Part shown: positions 54,403-64,000 of the stretch, one piece after another
How positions within the stretch are numbered: position 1 is the first letter of the stretch
Layout: each line of letters starts with the position of its first letter
Source: an uncultured Chromatiales bacterium
Lineage (GTDB): Bacteria > Pseudomonadota > Gammaproteobacteria > S012-40
NCBI GenBank assembly: GCA_964442745.1
Contig: CAYUAI010000008.1
Span: forward strand, 22,337 to 86,336
Direction of reading: 5' to 3'
DNA: 64,000 nt
Program-made: the position numbers and the translations under genes
The notes under the pieces: model-generated
What the model saw: only the letters and a program-made list of their open reading frames with translations
Database searches by the model: none
Told to the model about the DNA's origin: nothing

Positions 54403-54885
54403 TTATTTCAGTGAATGCTCGACCACAAAGCGTCCATGACGTTGTACACGTTGATGGGAGGGTTGTGGCTTAAGCTGATGCATCAATGCTGGAAACGAGA
54501 ACACAGTGCTCGCGCCATACTGTAAACCCTCAAGGGTTTGCATAACGGCATTGACGGTTAACGGTTGACTTAGCGACTTAGCTAATCGCACAGTAAAAGG
54601 AAAAGTACTCATTTCACCAGCGCGCAGTTCACCTTGCCAATATACTTGCCCAACAAGTCGATCAACACCGACAGGTAAATTTATTATGTAAGAAAAACGA
54701 TTGGCATCAACTTTAGACAGGATTTTCAATACAAAAGACACCTTAGCACCCGGCTCAATCTCATCTTGTGTAGTCAGGCTCATCACGATCGGTGCGCGGG
54801 GTTTACCCATCGACCACGGCCCTGCCCAACTCATTGGCGCACAGAGCAACATGATTAAAAGCAAGTGTATTTGAGGTATCCCCAT
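54403..54885 (-). CDS. Small secreted hypothetical protein co-transcribed upstream of the metalloprotease
   Basis: Signal peptide (LLLIMLLCAPMSWA). 160 aa. Only a 4-bp gap to the protease gene. Confidence 0.45.
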   Translation of the reverse strand: MGIPQIHLLLIMLLCAPMSWAGPWSMGKPRAPIVMSLTTQDEIEPGAKVSFVLKILSKVDANRFSYIINLPVGVDRLVGQVYWQGELRAGEMSTFPFTVRLAKSLSQPLTVNAVMQTLEGLQYGASTVFSFPALMHQLKPQPSHQRVQRHGRFVVEHSLK

Positions 54886-55268
54886 AAGCTAAGCAATTAC
54901 CCTTTATCTTTTCACAAAATCATCCATTACGGACAAATATATCGGTCGCTTAAAGGAACTTTTAATATTATTTTAAGAAAAAAGAGGAAACTAAAGGATA
55001 ACTAGCGATTACATTGCGAGTACCTTCGTTTGATACCCCAGCCTTTGCTTGGCAAACTGATTAACATGCTCCAGTCATGCGAGTTAAAAAATTAAAACCG
55101 CAACCAACCTTCATTGTTTCACCTAACAACCAAAAAAATTGTTAATTTTTGTTAACAAAAACTTTTCCAATCAATTAATTTTAGCCTTTGCCGATTAATA
55201 GCTGGGAGGACACCGAAACATTTTTCTCATTCGAATTCATATCAATTAACAATCAAAGGGCTATTTGC

Positions 55269-56393
55269 ATGGCAACAGTTTTAGTGGTCGATGACGATCC
55301 AAGTATATTAATGACATACTGTAAATACCTGGATAGAGCAGGTTATCAAACATTACGAGCCACCGATGCTCAAAGCGCCCTAACCATGCTCGAAACACAA
55401 AGCCAAGATGTTGATATCATCCTATCAGACGTTCAAATGCCTCACATGGATGGCTATCAATTTTGCGAAAAGCTCAAAGATGACTTTTCCACCGCTGATA
55501 TTCCACTCGTTTTCACCTCCGCTCATGCTGACTTGCAAGAAAAAATGAGAGGTTATTCAGTAGGCGCTAATGATTATCTAAGCAAACCGGTTGACCCTTC
55601 AGAATTAAAAATTAAAATCGACCATCTACTCGAAAATAAACAAGAAAACGATAAACTAAATCAGCAAATCAATGACTCAATGAGCACCGCCATGCAAGCG
55701 ATGAACTATTCCAGCGGCCTGGGACAAGTGCTGGAATTTTACAATAGCAGCCTCAATGCTAAAACCTTTGAAGAGCTGAGCCTCAATGTCTTTGAAATGA
55801 CTCAAGCACACGACCTTAAATGCAGTCTTTATATTTTAGCACCTGAAAAAACCTATACGTTTGGTGATCAAAATACGGTTAGCCCACTGGAAAAAAATAT
55901 TATAGAACTCGCTCGAAAACAAAGTCGTTTTTTTGATTTTAAAAATCGAACCGTGATTAATTACCAACAATTTTCACTCTTGATAAAAAATATGCCATGG
56001 CATGAACCTGAGCGTTATGGCATGTTAAAAGATTTATTAGGTACGCTCTGCAATGCCATCGAATCATGCATTAATAGTTTACTTAAGGACAATGCGCTGG
56101 CGCAGAAAGATGACCTCATTACAACAGTAATGAATGCCATGGAAAACATAGAAAAAACCTTTAAAAAAATTCAAACAGATAACCGGCAATCGATTGATGA
56201 CTTAACTGAAGATTTAGAAGAAGCCATGATGACATTAGGCCTAACGGAACCTCAAGAAAACAATATCAGACAAATTGCTGAAAATTGTTTAGAACGTACC
56301 AATGAAATATTTTATCAAAGCATCGTTATCAATGAGGAGTTTGAAAAAGTAACAGAACAATTAGCTTCAGAAGTCAATAAGACAGTAAATTAA
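55269..56393 (+). CDS. Response-regulator receiver protein with an uncharacterised ~250-aa C-terminal output domain
   Basis: REC signature (VLVVDDDPSIL…DIILSDVQMPHMDG…VFTSAHAD…YLSKP). The C-terminus is helical with no recognisable HTH or enzymatic motif. Confidence 0.7.
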   Translation: MATVLVVDDDPSILMTYCKYLDRAGYQTLRATDAQSALTMLETQSQDVDIILSDVQMPHMDGYQFCEKLKDDFSTADIPLVFTSAHADLQEKMRGYSVGANDYLSKPVDPSELKIKIDHLLENKQENDKLNQQINDSMSTAMQAMNYSSGLGQVLEFYNSSLNAKTFEELSLNVFEMTQAHDLKCSLYILAPEKTYTFGDQNTVSPLEKNIIELARKQSRFFDFKNRTVINYQQFSLLIKNMPWHEPERYGMLKDLLGTLCNAIESCINSLLKDNALAQKDDLITTVMNAMENIEKTFKKIQTDNRQSIDDLTEDLEEAMMTLGLTEPQENNIRQIAENCLERTNEIFYQSIVINEEFEKVTEQLASEVNKTVN

Positions 56394-57367
56394 GGAGGAG
56401 CTTCAGCAATAAAAATCGCTCGCTGCGGGGCAGGTAAACCTTCTACCGTTAGCAAAGCATCATCAGAATTAAGAAAATTTGCTAACGATTCGAATGTCAT
56501 CCATGACGTTGCGCGCTGTTCTTCAATTGAGGTTTTATTCGTGTCAACACAGCGAACATTGACCAATCCACATCGTTTCAGCCAAGCTTCCAGGGTCAAA
56601 CACGTCGGAATAAACCACACATTACGCATTTTTGCATAGCGTCCCTCAGGCACTAATACATGCCCCTGCTCGCCGTCAATGACCAAGGTCTCTAATACCA
56701 GCTGACCACCGGGTCGCAAACAGTGTTTTAATGACAACACATGATCTATCGGTGATCGACGGTGAGACAGCACGCCCATGGAAAATACCGTATCAAACAC
56801 CGCTAAGGTATTAGGCATGGCTTCCATTGTGAGAGGCAATACCGTCAAAGGAAAAGGAGGAAGATATCGTGACAAAGCAAAAAATTGGCATATAAACAAC
56901 AAGGAAGGATCAATGCCTACCACCAATTTGGCTTGCTCTCCCAACATACGCCAACAGTGATATCCATTGCCACACCCCGCATCTAATACCAAACGATTTT
57001 TCAATGGCTCAATATACGGATAAAGCCGGTCCCATTTCCAATCCGATCGCCATTCACAATCAATGTTGATACCAAATAATGAATACGGCCCTTTCCGCCA
57101 AGGCTGCAAAGCCAATAATAAGGTTTTAAGCAATGCTTGAGTTAACTCATCGCCGTCCTGTGATCGTCCGATGGTAATGTTTGATGAGCGAAAATCATAA
57201 CTCGATGGCGTCAATGCTGGCAACTGCGCTAAGACCTGTCGCCAGCGTACTAAATTGCCATTATTTGTCTGTAACAGCGCCTTATCAACATCAGAACAAA
57301 GCGTAGTTAACCAAGGCTGTAAGGCAGAATCCTGCACGGTCTGGTAAAAACAGGTGTAATCAATCAT
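56390..57367 (-). CDS. cmoB: tRNA U34 carboxymethyltransferase
   Basis: Class I MTase fold (VLDAGCGNGYH) downstream of cmoA. 325 aa. Confidence 0.8.
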   Translation of the reverse strand: MIDYTCFYQTVQDSALQPWLTTLCSDVDKALLQTNNGNLVRWRQVLAQLPALTPSSYDFRSSNITIGRSQDGDELTQALLKTLLLALQPWRKGPYSLFGINIDCEWRSDWKWDRLYPYIEPLKNRLVLDAGCGNGYHCWRMLGEQAKLVVGIDPSLLFICQFFALSRYLPPFPLTVLPLTMEAMPNTLAVFDTVFSMGVLSHRRSPIDHVLSLKHCLRPGGQLVLETLVIDGEQGHVLVPEGRYAKMRNVWFIPTCLTLEAWLKRCGLVNVRCVDTNKTSIEEQRATSWMTFESLANFLNSDDALLTVEGLPAPQRAIFIAEAPP

Positions 57368-58104
57368 TTTTGTGCAAACAAGGTCACAAAATTAAAACAC
57401 TGAAAAATTTGCTCAACACGCCGAAAGCCCGCCTGCTTCAAACGCGTTTGATGTTGATTTAAGGTTTCTGTGCTCAATACCTTTTCCAAGGCTTGGCGTT
57501 TTTGACTGATTTCAAGATCACTGTAACCGTTAATTTTTTTGAAAGCATGATGTAAATCAACCAATAATGCATTTTTCGATGCATTAGATGAATATATTTT
57601 TTCTGACAAAATCAACACACCACCTGGCAACAAGCCATGATAAATATCAGACAAAATGCTAAAACGATTTTCCACCGCAATAAATTGCAAGGTATAGTTT
57701 AATACAACAAGCGAAGCATTCTGTATGCTAACTTCATTAATATCCTGGCATTGCACTTCCACTGGAGTACTCAAGTGATCGATAGTCGATACATTCTGCT
57801 GCAATTGATCGACCATTGCCGCTGAATTATCGATAGCGATAATACGGCATCCAGGCTGCACAATGCCTTGGCATAATGCCATTGTTACCGCACCAAGCGA
57901 ACAACCCAGATCATAACATTGACTATTTTGCTGTGCATACTGTGCCGCTAATACTTTGATCAGTTGAATCACCGTGGCATAACCAGGTACTGAGCGCTGC
58001 ACCATGTCAGTAAACACATCCGCCACCGATTCATCAAACACAAAGTCGCTGATGTTAGTTAATGGCTGAGCGTAAAGACGATCACGCGTTTGCGATGATT
58101 TCAT
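57364..58104 (-). CDS. cmoA: Carboxy-S-adenosyl-L-methionine synthase
   Basis: SAM-binding YDLGCSLGA motif. cmoA-cmoB operon. Confidence 0.8.
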   Translation of the reverse strand: MKSSQTRDRLYAQPLTNISDFVFDESVADVFTDMVQRSVPGYATVIQLIKVLAAQYAQQNSQCYDLGCSLGAVTMALCQGIVQPGCRIIAIDNSAAMVDQLQQNVSTIDHLSTPVEVQCQDINEVSIQNASLVVLNYTLQFIAVENRFSILSDIYHGLLPGGVLILSEKIYSSNASKNALLVDLHHAFKKINGYSDLEISQKRQALEKVLSTETLNQHQTRLKQAGFRRVEQIFQCFNFVTLFAQK

Positions 58105-58112
58105 ATTAATAT

Positions 58113-58445
58113 CTAGTTTGGCAACGTGCTTTGCTGTTTATCCCCCCCCATACATTTTGGCGATGCTGGCGACTCACCGTTATTTTTATCCCATTCCGCA
58201 AGCGTATAGGTATGTAGCGCTAAAGCATGGATATGATTCTGCAACTCGTCCGCTAATACTTGATTTACCATACGATGGCGCGCAATCAAACTTTGACCGG
58301 CAAAATCATCTGAGACAATAATCACTTTAAAGTGAGACTCAGATCCGGCGGGCACATTATGCCCATGACTCTCATTAATCACATCCAAATGTGTTAGATT
58401 GATTGAGTTTTGTAATTTATTCGTAATTTGTGCTTGCCTATTCAT
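58113..58445 (-). CDS. BolA-family protein (IbaG/YrbA-like)
   Basis: [28 protein letters not shown] is the BolA signature. Confidence 0.75.
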   Translation of the reverse strand: MNRQAQITNKLQNSINLTHLDVINESHGHNVPAGSESHFKVIIVSDDFAGQSLIARHRMVNQVLADELQNHIHALALHTYTLAEWDKNNGESPASPKCMGGDKQQSTLPN

Positions 58446-58457
58446 GTTATTTTTCTC

Positions 58458-59162
58458 CTATCTCTCTCTCATCCAATACTTAATAAATGGAATAGTCAAT
58501 TTTCGTTGTGCAGATAGCGTTGCAATATCCAATTCATCCAACAGTTCAAACAATGAATTCATGTCGCGAGGAAATCGGCGTAATAAAAATTCGCCAACTT
58601 TTTCGGACAACTCAAATCCTCTCACGTTTGCCCTTAACCGTAACGCCGCGATTTTATCTACATCCGACAAATCGTGCAAACGAAAAACTAAGCCCCAAGC
58701 TAAGCGTGATTTCAAATCGGCTAATGCCATCGATAAACTCGCCAGATTTTCCGAACTAGCGACTAACAACTGACAATCAGCCTCACGCACCCGATTATAT
58801 AGATGAAAAAGTGCCTGCTCCCACATGGCGTTCCCCGCAATCGCTTGAAAATCATCAATACAAATTAATGATAATTTTTCCAAATGATTAAAAATTTCTA
58901 TTTTTAGCGACGCACTGTGTGTTAAAGAAAGGTAACTAGCGGTTTCACCTTGAGCAATCGCATGACGACAACTCGCATGTAATAAATGGGTCTTTCCTGA
59001 ACTTGAATTTCCCCAAAAAAAAATAATCTGCTCACTTTGGTAAGCCCCGCAACGCACAGACTTCAAGCACTCCACTAATTCCGTGTTATCACCAGTAAAA
59101 AAATTATCAAACGAAGCCGCATCATTAATTTGTAAGGCAAGAGGTAATTGGGTTGCATTCAT
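58458..59162 (-). CDS. hda: DnaA regulatory inactivator Hda
   Basis: AAA+ Walker A FFWGNSSSGKTHLLHA, ~230 aa, and Pseudomonas-type synteny. Confidence 0.8.
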   Translation of the reverse strand: MNATQLPLALQINDAASFDNFFTGDNTELVECLKSVRCGAYQSEQIIFFWGNSSSGKTHLLHASCRHAIAQGETASYLSLTHSASLKIEIFNHLEKLSLICIDDFQAIAGNAMWEQALFHLYNRVREADCQLLVASSENLASLSMALADLKSRLAWGLVFRLHDLSDVDKIAALRLRANVRGFELSEKVGEFLLRRFPRDMNSLFELLDELDIATLSAQRKLTIPFIKYWMRER

Positions 59163-59288
59163 TATTGATCAGGCGGATAAAGTAAACGACCGAAATAGCC
59201 ATCATTGTCATGCCGTAATACCGACATGACAATGGCCGCAACAGCGAACACCAGCGACAATAAATAAACAACGAGGACGCTGACTGAT

Positions 59289-59855
59289 TTAATCATGAGC
59301 TTTTAAATTACCAACCTCACTCAGTGCTTTACGCCCCCAAACGGTGACATAATCCAATCCACTCAGGATAGTGGCAAATAATGTCACATAGATCCAAAGG
59401 GTTAAAATCATGTCAGGCAGTGGATAAACCGCATGAGAAATAATAATGATCAATACCAGTGAAATCTGCAACGCCGTATTGAGTTTACTGACAATACTGG
59501 GCGATAACAAATAATGGCCAATCACCAAATAATAGGCAACGGCACCGATGATTATCACCACATCTCGGGCAATCACCACCATTAATAACCAAAAAGGAAC
59601 CAGTCCTAATACGACCAACACAATGAAGGTAGAAACCAATAATACTTTATCGGCAATAGGATCAAGGATGGATCCAAGACGTGTTCCCCAATCATACCGC
59701 TTTGCCAAAAAACCATCGAGTGCATCTGAAAAACCCGCAATAAAAAATAAAATTAACGCTTCCTGGAAAAGCTCGGCATGCAACAACATGACGATGGGTA
59801 TCACCAGTAGTACCCGAAAAAGGCTGATAATATTCGGTATGTCTCTTCTAGTCAC
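59289..59855 (-). CDS. CDP-alcohol phosphatidyltransferase-family protein
   Basis: PNIISLFRVLLVIPIV…GFSDALDGFLAKRY…R…G…D motif. Confidence 0.75.
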   Translation of the reverse strand: MTRRDIPNIISLFRVLLVIPIVMLLHAELFQEALILFFIAGFSDALDGFLAKRYDWGTRLGSILDPIADKVLLVSTFIVLVVLGLVPFWLLMVVIARDVVIIIGAVAYYLVIGHYLLSPSIVSKLNTALQISLVLIIIISHAVYPLPDMILTLWIYVTLFATILSGLDYVTVWGRKALSEVGNLKAHD

Positions 59856-61108
59856 GGCAACAATCGATACCTAAACGCCACCGGTTCGCTAGGCAATAAA
59901 GTTTGATCTCCAAGTATATGGCTTTCATTCTCTTTCACATCCTCCTCCATCACGGCTAGCAAAGTCCCCAACGCAATCGCTTGTTTTAGCCCATGTCGTT
60001 GTCCGCGCAATAAAATGCGGTAAACAATGTGGGTGGCGTTAATACCGCGCACCTGCAGCTGCGCAACCGGTGCTAAAGACACTAAATAATCGGAGATTTT
60101 TACATAGTCTTGCAAGGATTTCACATCATCAATCAATAAATCAACAAATTGTTGATTTCCCTCACTCGAAGCCATCTGAGCATAACGATTCCCCAATCCA
60201 TCGCTACTTCGATCAATACCATCCCGAACCACATCCTTAATATCCTGTCCCCAAACCTCCCAAGTATCCAGTTGTTCCCCTTGATATAACGCCCAACGCG
60301 CTTGCCAACCTCCAAATGGGTCCCGAAAAACACGACCAACGAACACCGCGTCCGGCTGGTAACGTTGTGAAGCCACTAAGATCGGATCGCTAAAATTACC
60401 CCAGACATCGCTGACACTGATGTTATTCTGATCAGTTAAATCCGCCAACGGGAAAATCAGCGGCATTCCTCTTTTGTCCGCATAATAAGTTAGTGCATCT
60501 AAAATATCAGAGGGTTCGTTTGCATTTAATAAAAAACGTTGTCCTAAATCTTGAACGGCGACCCAAACTAAGGTCGAGGGGCGCGTTTTCCCCCATACAG
60601 GTAAATTATTTTTCCACAACGCCTCATTCACCATATTTTCTTCAAATACAATGACTAACATTAACTGTGGCGAGTCTGGCGGTAACGCGGCAGCGGCCGG
60701 TTTAGCCTCAGCAACACGATCCAACGCGGGTTTATTTTCCATCCCATCAGCGATTTTTGGTGGACTAGGCGGTATTCTCTCATAGCGAAATTGATGGACA
60801 AAATCCGCTGACTTTCTGCGTATATTTTGTGCTTTTTTCATACTCACCAATTGGCTATCACCGGTCACACGTATCAGTAGCTCATCAAATCCGGCTTTCG
60901 TGGCGGCTTTACGATGAGCTTGGCTCTGTGATTCAACGGGAACTTCCACTTCATAGAGTTTTTCCAACACCGCGCCAAAAACCTGCCCAGAAAAAATACA
61001 ACACACCCAAAAAGCATAAGAATTTTTAGCAATAAAACAAAGCACCTTACCAGATCCCAGGATAGTAAAATTTCCGCATGTTTTAACATGTTTATTCTCG
61101 TGTTGCAT
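59852..61108 (-). CDS. DUF2066-domain secreted protein
   Basis: Signal peptide. Conserved gene upstream of CDP-OH transferase/hda and divergent from purM, as in Pseudomonas. Confidence 0.5.
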   Translation of the reverse strand: MQHENKHVKTCGNFTILGSGKVLCFIAKNSYAFWVCCIFSGQVFGAVLEKLYEVEVPVESQSQAHRKAATKAGFDELLIRVTGDSQLVSMKKAQNIRRKSADFVHQFRYERIPPSPPKIADGMENKPALDRVAEAKPAAAALPPDSPQLMLVIVFEENMVNEALWKNNLPVWGKTRPSTLVWVAVQDLGQRFLLNANEPSDILDALTYYADKRGMPLIFPLADLTDQNNISVSDVWGNFSDPILVASQRYQPDAVFVGRVFRDPFGGWQARWALYQGEQLDTWEVWGQDIKDVVRDGIDRSSDGLGNRYAQMASSEGNQQFVDLLIDDVKSLQDYVKISDYLVSLAPVAQLQVRGINATHIVYRILLRGQRHGLKQAIALGTLLAVMEEDVKENESHILGDQTLLPSEPVAFRYRLLP

Positions 61109-61397
61109 TGATTAATTTATTTCCCTTGCCAATATTTCCATTGCTTAATCCAATAAACCTAAGAGATTTAGGTATCTCTCTAAACATCTAAGTTCCTTAT
61201 CACTGCTGCCACTCATGATTAAAATTGTTCGCTAAACTGGGTTTAATAAGTATAGTGCGATAAAATATTTCTTTTTTTCATTTATACTTCGCCGCCAGGC
61301 GACTGACGACAGATATTTTTGTGGCGAAAAAACAGACAAATCACCACACAGATCTACCTGGCTTTGGTGAGTATACTAAAACGAGACATAAAAATCG

Positions 61398-62435
61398 GTG
61401 CAGAAAAAACCTCTTAATTATCGTGACGCAGGCGTAGACATTAACGCTGGCAATCAACTTATTGAAAAGATTAAACCTTTTTCAGCAAGTACATTACGAC
61501 CTGAAGTATTAACCGGCATTGGCGGCTTTGGCGCATTATTTGAGCTACCGCTGAACCGTTACCGCCACCCGGTACTGGTTTCTGGCACCGACGGGGTGGG
61601 CACCAAGCTAAAAATTGCTCATCAATTAAATCGACATGATACGATCGGCATTGATTTGGTGGCCATGTGTGTTAACGATATTATTGTGCAAGGTGCCGAA
61701 CCCTTGTTTTTTTTAGATTATTTTGCAACCGGTCAACTCAATACCGATATCGCCGCCGATGTCATTAAAGGCATCAGCCAAGGCTGCAAAATGGCAGGCG
61801 CCGCGTTAACCGGTGGTGAAACAGCTGAAATGCCGGGTATGTATGGACCTGATGAATACGACCTGGCAGGGTTTTGTGTGGGTATCGTCGAGAAAGATCA
61901 AATTATTGATGGCAGTTCGACCACTGCGGGTGATATCATTTTAGGCTTAGCCTCATCAGGCCCTCATGCTAACGGATATTCACTGATTCGAAAAATTATC
62001 GAAGTCAATCAGATTGACCTAACTTATCCCTTTGAAAGCTCCGATCTAGCCAGCTACTTATTAGAACCCACTCGAATTTATGTTAAATCCATACTCCAGT
62101 TAATTCAAACCCTCCCGGTTCGGGCAATTGCCCACATTACTGGCGGCGGCCTGTATGAAAATATTCCACGAGTGATGCCTAATCACACCAAAGCGATCAT
62201 TGATACCAGCGCTTGGCCTCAACCCGCTATTTTTCCTTGGTTACAACAACAAGGCCAGGTGGATGAGTCAGAAATGTTTCGCACATTCAACTGTGGCATC
62301 GGCCTGGTTATTATTGTCAAGAATTCGCTGGCAGATCAAGCTATCGCCGTCTTATCAGAACAAGGAGAAACCGTTTGGCAAATTGGTCGTATTGACAAAG
62401 CAGAGCAAACCTCACCCTTTGTTGAAATAACTTAG
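61398..62435 (+). CDS. purM: Phosphoribosylformylglycinamidine cyclo-ligase (AIR synthetase)
   Basis: [19 protein letters not shown]…[12 protein letters not shown] matches PurM. Confidence 0.9.
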   Translation: MQKKPLNYRDAGVDINAGNQLIEKIKPFSASTLRPEVLTGIGGFGALFELPLNRYRHPVLVSGTDGVGTKLKIAHQLNRHDTIGIDLVAMCVNDIIVQGAEPLFFLDYFATGQLNTDIAADVIKGISQGCKMAGAALTGGETAEMPGMYGPDEYDLAGFCVGIVEKDQIIDGSSTTAGDIILGLASSGPHANGYSLIRKIIEVNQIDLTYPFESSDLASYLLEPTRIYVKSILQLIQTLPVRAIAHITGGGLYENIPRVMPNHTKAIIDTSAWPQPAIFPWLQQQGQVDESEMFRTFNCGIGLVIIVKNSLADQAIAVLSEQGETVWQIGRIDKAEQTSPFVEIT

Positions 62436-62483
62436 CCATGAAAAACAAATCACCAGACCATACTGAGGACGGGATGAATTATC

Positions 62484-63149
62484 ATGGCTAAACTCTCCTT
62501 AGTCATACTGATTTCTGGGCAAGGCAGCACCCTGCAAGCCATTATTGAACAAATAACAACTCACCAGCTCGATGCTGAAATTCGGGGAGTGATTAGCAAT
62601 AATCCAACCGCGTATGGCTTACAACGAGCCAATGATGCCAATATCAAAACACACATCGTTAACCATCGTGAATACCATGATCGATATCAATACGATAAGG
62701 CGCTCAAAGATATCATTGATCTTTGCCACCCCGATATCATCGTGCTGGCAGGTTTTATGAGAATACTCAGTGGCGAATTCATCAACGCCTTTCAGTATCG
62801 AATCATGAATGTGCATCCATCATTATTGCCCGCTTACAAAGGACTCAAAACGCATCAACGCGCACTCGCAGATCAAGCCAAAGAACACGGCTGCAGTATC
62901 CACTTTGTCACCGAAGCATTAGATGGCGGTCCCGTGGTTTTGCAAGCTCGGGTGGCTATCCTCGATACAGATGATGCCAAATCACTGGCACAACGCGTAC
63001 AAGCCAAAGAACATATTATCTACCCCATGGTATTACAATGGTTAGCTGACAACACCTTAATCCATAAAGGCGATAAAATATTTTTTCAGGGAACACCGCT
63101 CAATGCGCCATTAATGCTCGACGAAATTCTATCTAAAACAGCCAAATGA
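62484..63149 (+). CDS. purN: Phosphoribosylglycinamide formyltransferase
   Basis: LVILISGQGSTLQAII, NVHPSLLP formyltransferase motifs. Confidence 0.9.
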   Translation: MAKLSLVILISGQGSTLQAIIEQITTHQLDAEIRGVISNNPTAYGLQRANDANIKTHIVNHREYHDRYQYDKALKDIIDLCHPDIIVLAGFMRILSGEFINAFQYRIMNVHPSLLPAYKGLKTHQRALADQAKEHGCSIHFVTEALDGGPVVLQARVAILDTDDAKSLAQRVQAKEHIIYPMVLQWLADNTLIHKGDKIFFQGTPLNAPLMLDEILSKTAK

Positions 63150-63952
63150 AACATATCAAATCCCGATCAACATCGACTCAATGGTCAACCTGGCTTTGGC
63201 AATGGGGAGTACCTTGCGTTGCGTTATTTTTGCTAAGCTTATTATGGCTATTTAATCAGAATCAAAATTTATTTTTCAGCATCAATGGTTTTGGCCAATT
63301 ATTCGATGCCAAATATTGGTCTTACATTACCATATTCGGCGATGTATCCGTTATCGCCGCCCTCGTATTAATATTCATTTATATCAAACCCGAACTGATC
63401 TGGACAAGCCTCATTGCCGGCCTTATTTCCAGCCTACTAACACAAGGCATTAAATGGAGTCTACAGTGGCCGCGCCCTAGCTTAGTGATCGATCCAGAAA
63501 ATTTCCAGTTAATTGGCTCGACACTGAGTTCTTCGCCCGCGTTTCCTTCAGGCCACACCGCCGCCGCCATTTTGCTCGCGAGTATTGTTTGTCTTTATTG
63601 GCGCCGTGCCTGGATATTTTGCATCATTTTTGGTTTTGCATTGCTGGTGGGAATTTCTCGCATCGCTGTTGGTGTTCACTGGCCCGCCGATGTACTGGGT
63701 GGCATTGTGGTCGGTTGGACGAGTGCGGTGCTCGGTTTTTATTTTACGGCACGTTATGCAAATCCAAAGCACTTGGTGATACAAATCATTGTAGTTCTGT
63801 TATTCGCCAATGTGCTCTATCTCATTATTTTTTACGATACCACCGATAACCACGTGGGATTTTTGCCAAGTCTCATTGGCCTCACCTGCGTAATTATCGC
63901 CGCTTTGCGGGTGCGTTCGCTGTTGTTACCGACACAGCAAATAACAAAATAA
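63146..63952 (+). CDS. PAP2-family phosphatase (membrane)
   Basis: KWSLQWPRP, PSGH and SRIAVGVHWPAD acid-phosphatase motifs. Confidence 0.75.
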   Translation: MKHIKSRSTSTQWSTWLWQWGVPCVALFLLSLLWLFNQNQNLFFSINGFGQLFDAKYWSYITIFGDVSVIAALVLIFIYIKPELIWTSLIAGLISSLLTQGIKWSLQWPRPSLVIDPENFQLIGSTLSSSPAFPSGHTAAAILLASIVCLYWRRAWIFCIIFGFALLVGISRIAVGVHWPADVLGGIVVGWTSAVLGFYFTARYANPKHLVIQIIVVLLFANVLYLIIFYDTTDNHVGFLPSLIGLTCVIIAALRVRSLLLPTQQITK

Positions 63953-64000
63953 ATAGCCGGGTATAATATGTCTGATATACAAAGTGCATACACGGACTCA

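Noticed and set aside
61109-61397. PurR box in the purM/DUF2066 divergent promoter
   Set aside because: No match to the ACGCAAACGTTTGCGT-type pur box was seen. That fits a Pseudomonas-like lineage lacking PurR.

Overview
This is a gammaproteobacterial chromosome segment of about 45% GC. Its gene order matches the Pseudomonas/Oceanospirillales pattern: rpsF-priB-rpsR-membrane protein-rplI-dnaB-alr, rnr-rlmB, purA-hisZ-DUF2065-hflCKX-hfq-miaA, and DUF2066-CDP-OH transferase-hda next to purMN. Most of the window is conserved housekeeping genes: hisC, radA, alr, dnaB, ribosomal proteins, rnr, purA, the hfq/hflXKC/miaA block, rlmD, cysM, galU, def, MTA phosphorylase/HPRT, cmoAB, hda, purMN, tRNA-Leu(CAG) and tRNA-Ser(TGA). 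Several regions look like accessory or unusual content. (1) A 5-kb insert between hisC and radA carries a secreted multiheme c-type cytochrome with about 41 canonical CxxCH sites. The sites sit in tandem ~52-aa doubled-CxxCH repeats, each with an upstream His for bis-His ligation. A 1.1-kb AT-rich non-coding leader precedes the gene and a small vWA/MIDAS protein follows it. (2) A type II restriction-modification pair (C5-cytosine methyltransferase plus an unassigned 390-aa partner, probably the endonuclease) lies next to a GIY-YIG gene. (3) A DUF3999/DUF2339 membrane module in which the DUF2339 gene is split by an apparent frameshift. (4) A partial type II secretion locus (gspCDEF only) beside a Big_2/HExxH lipoprotein metalloprotease, a small secreted protein and a REC-domain regulator with an unknown output domain. 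(5) A degenerate pseudo-receiver LuxR regulator and an unusual 830-bp non-coding gap between miaA and hfq. No CRISPR array, integrase or transposase is recognisable.
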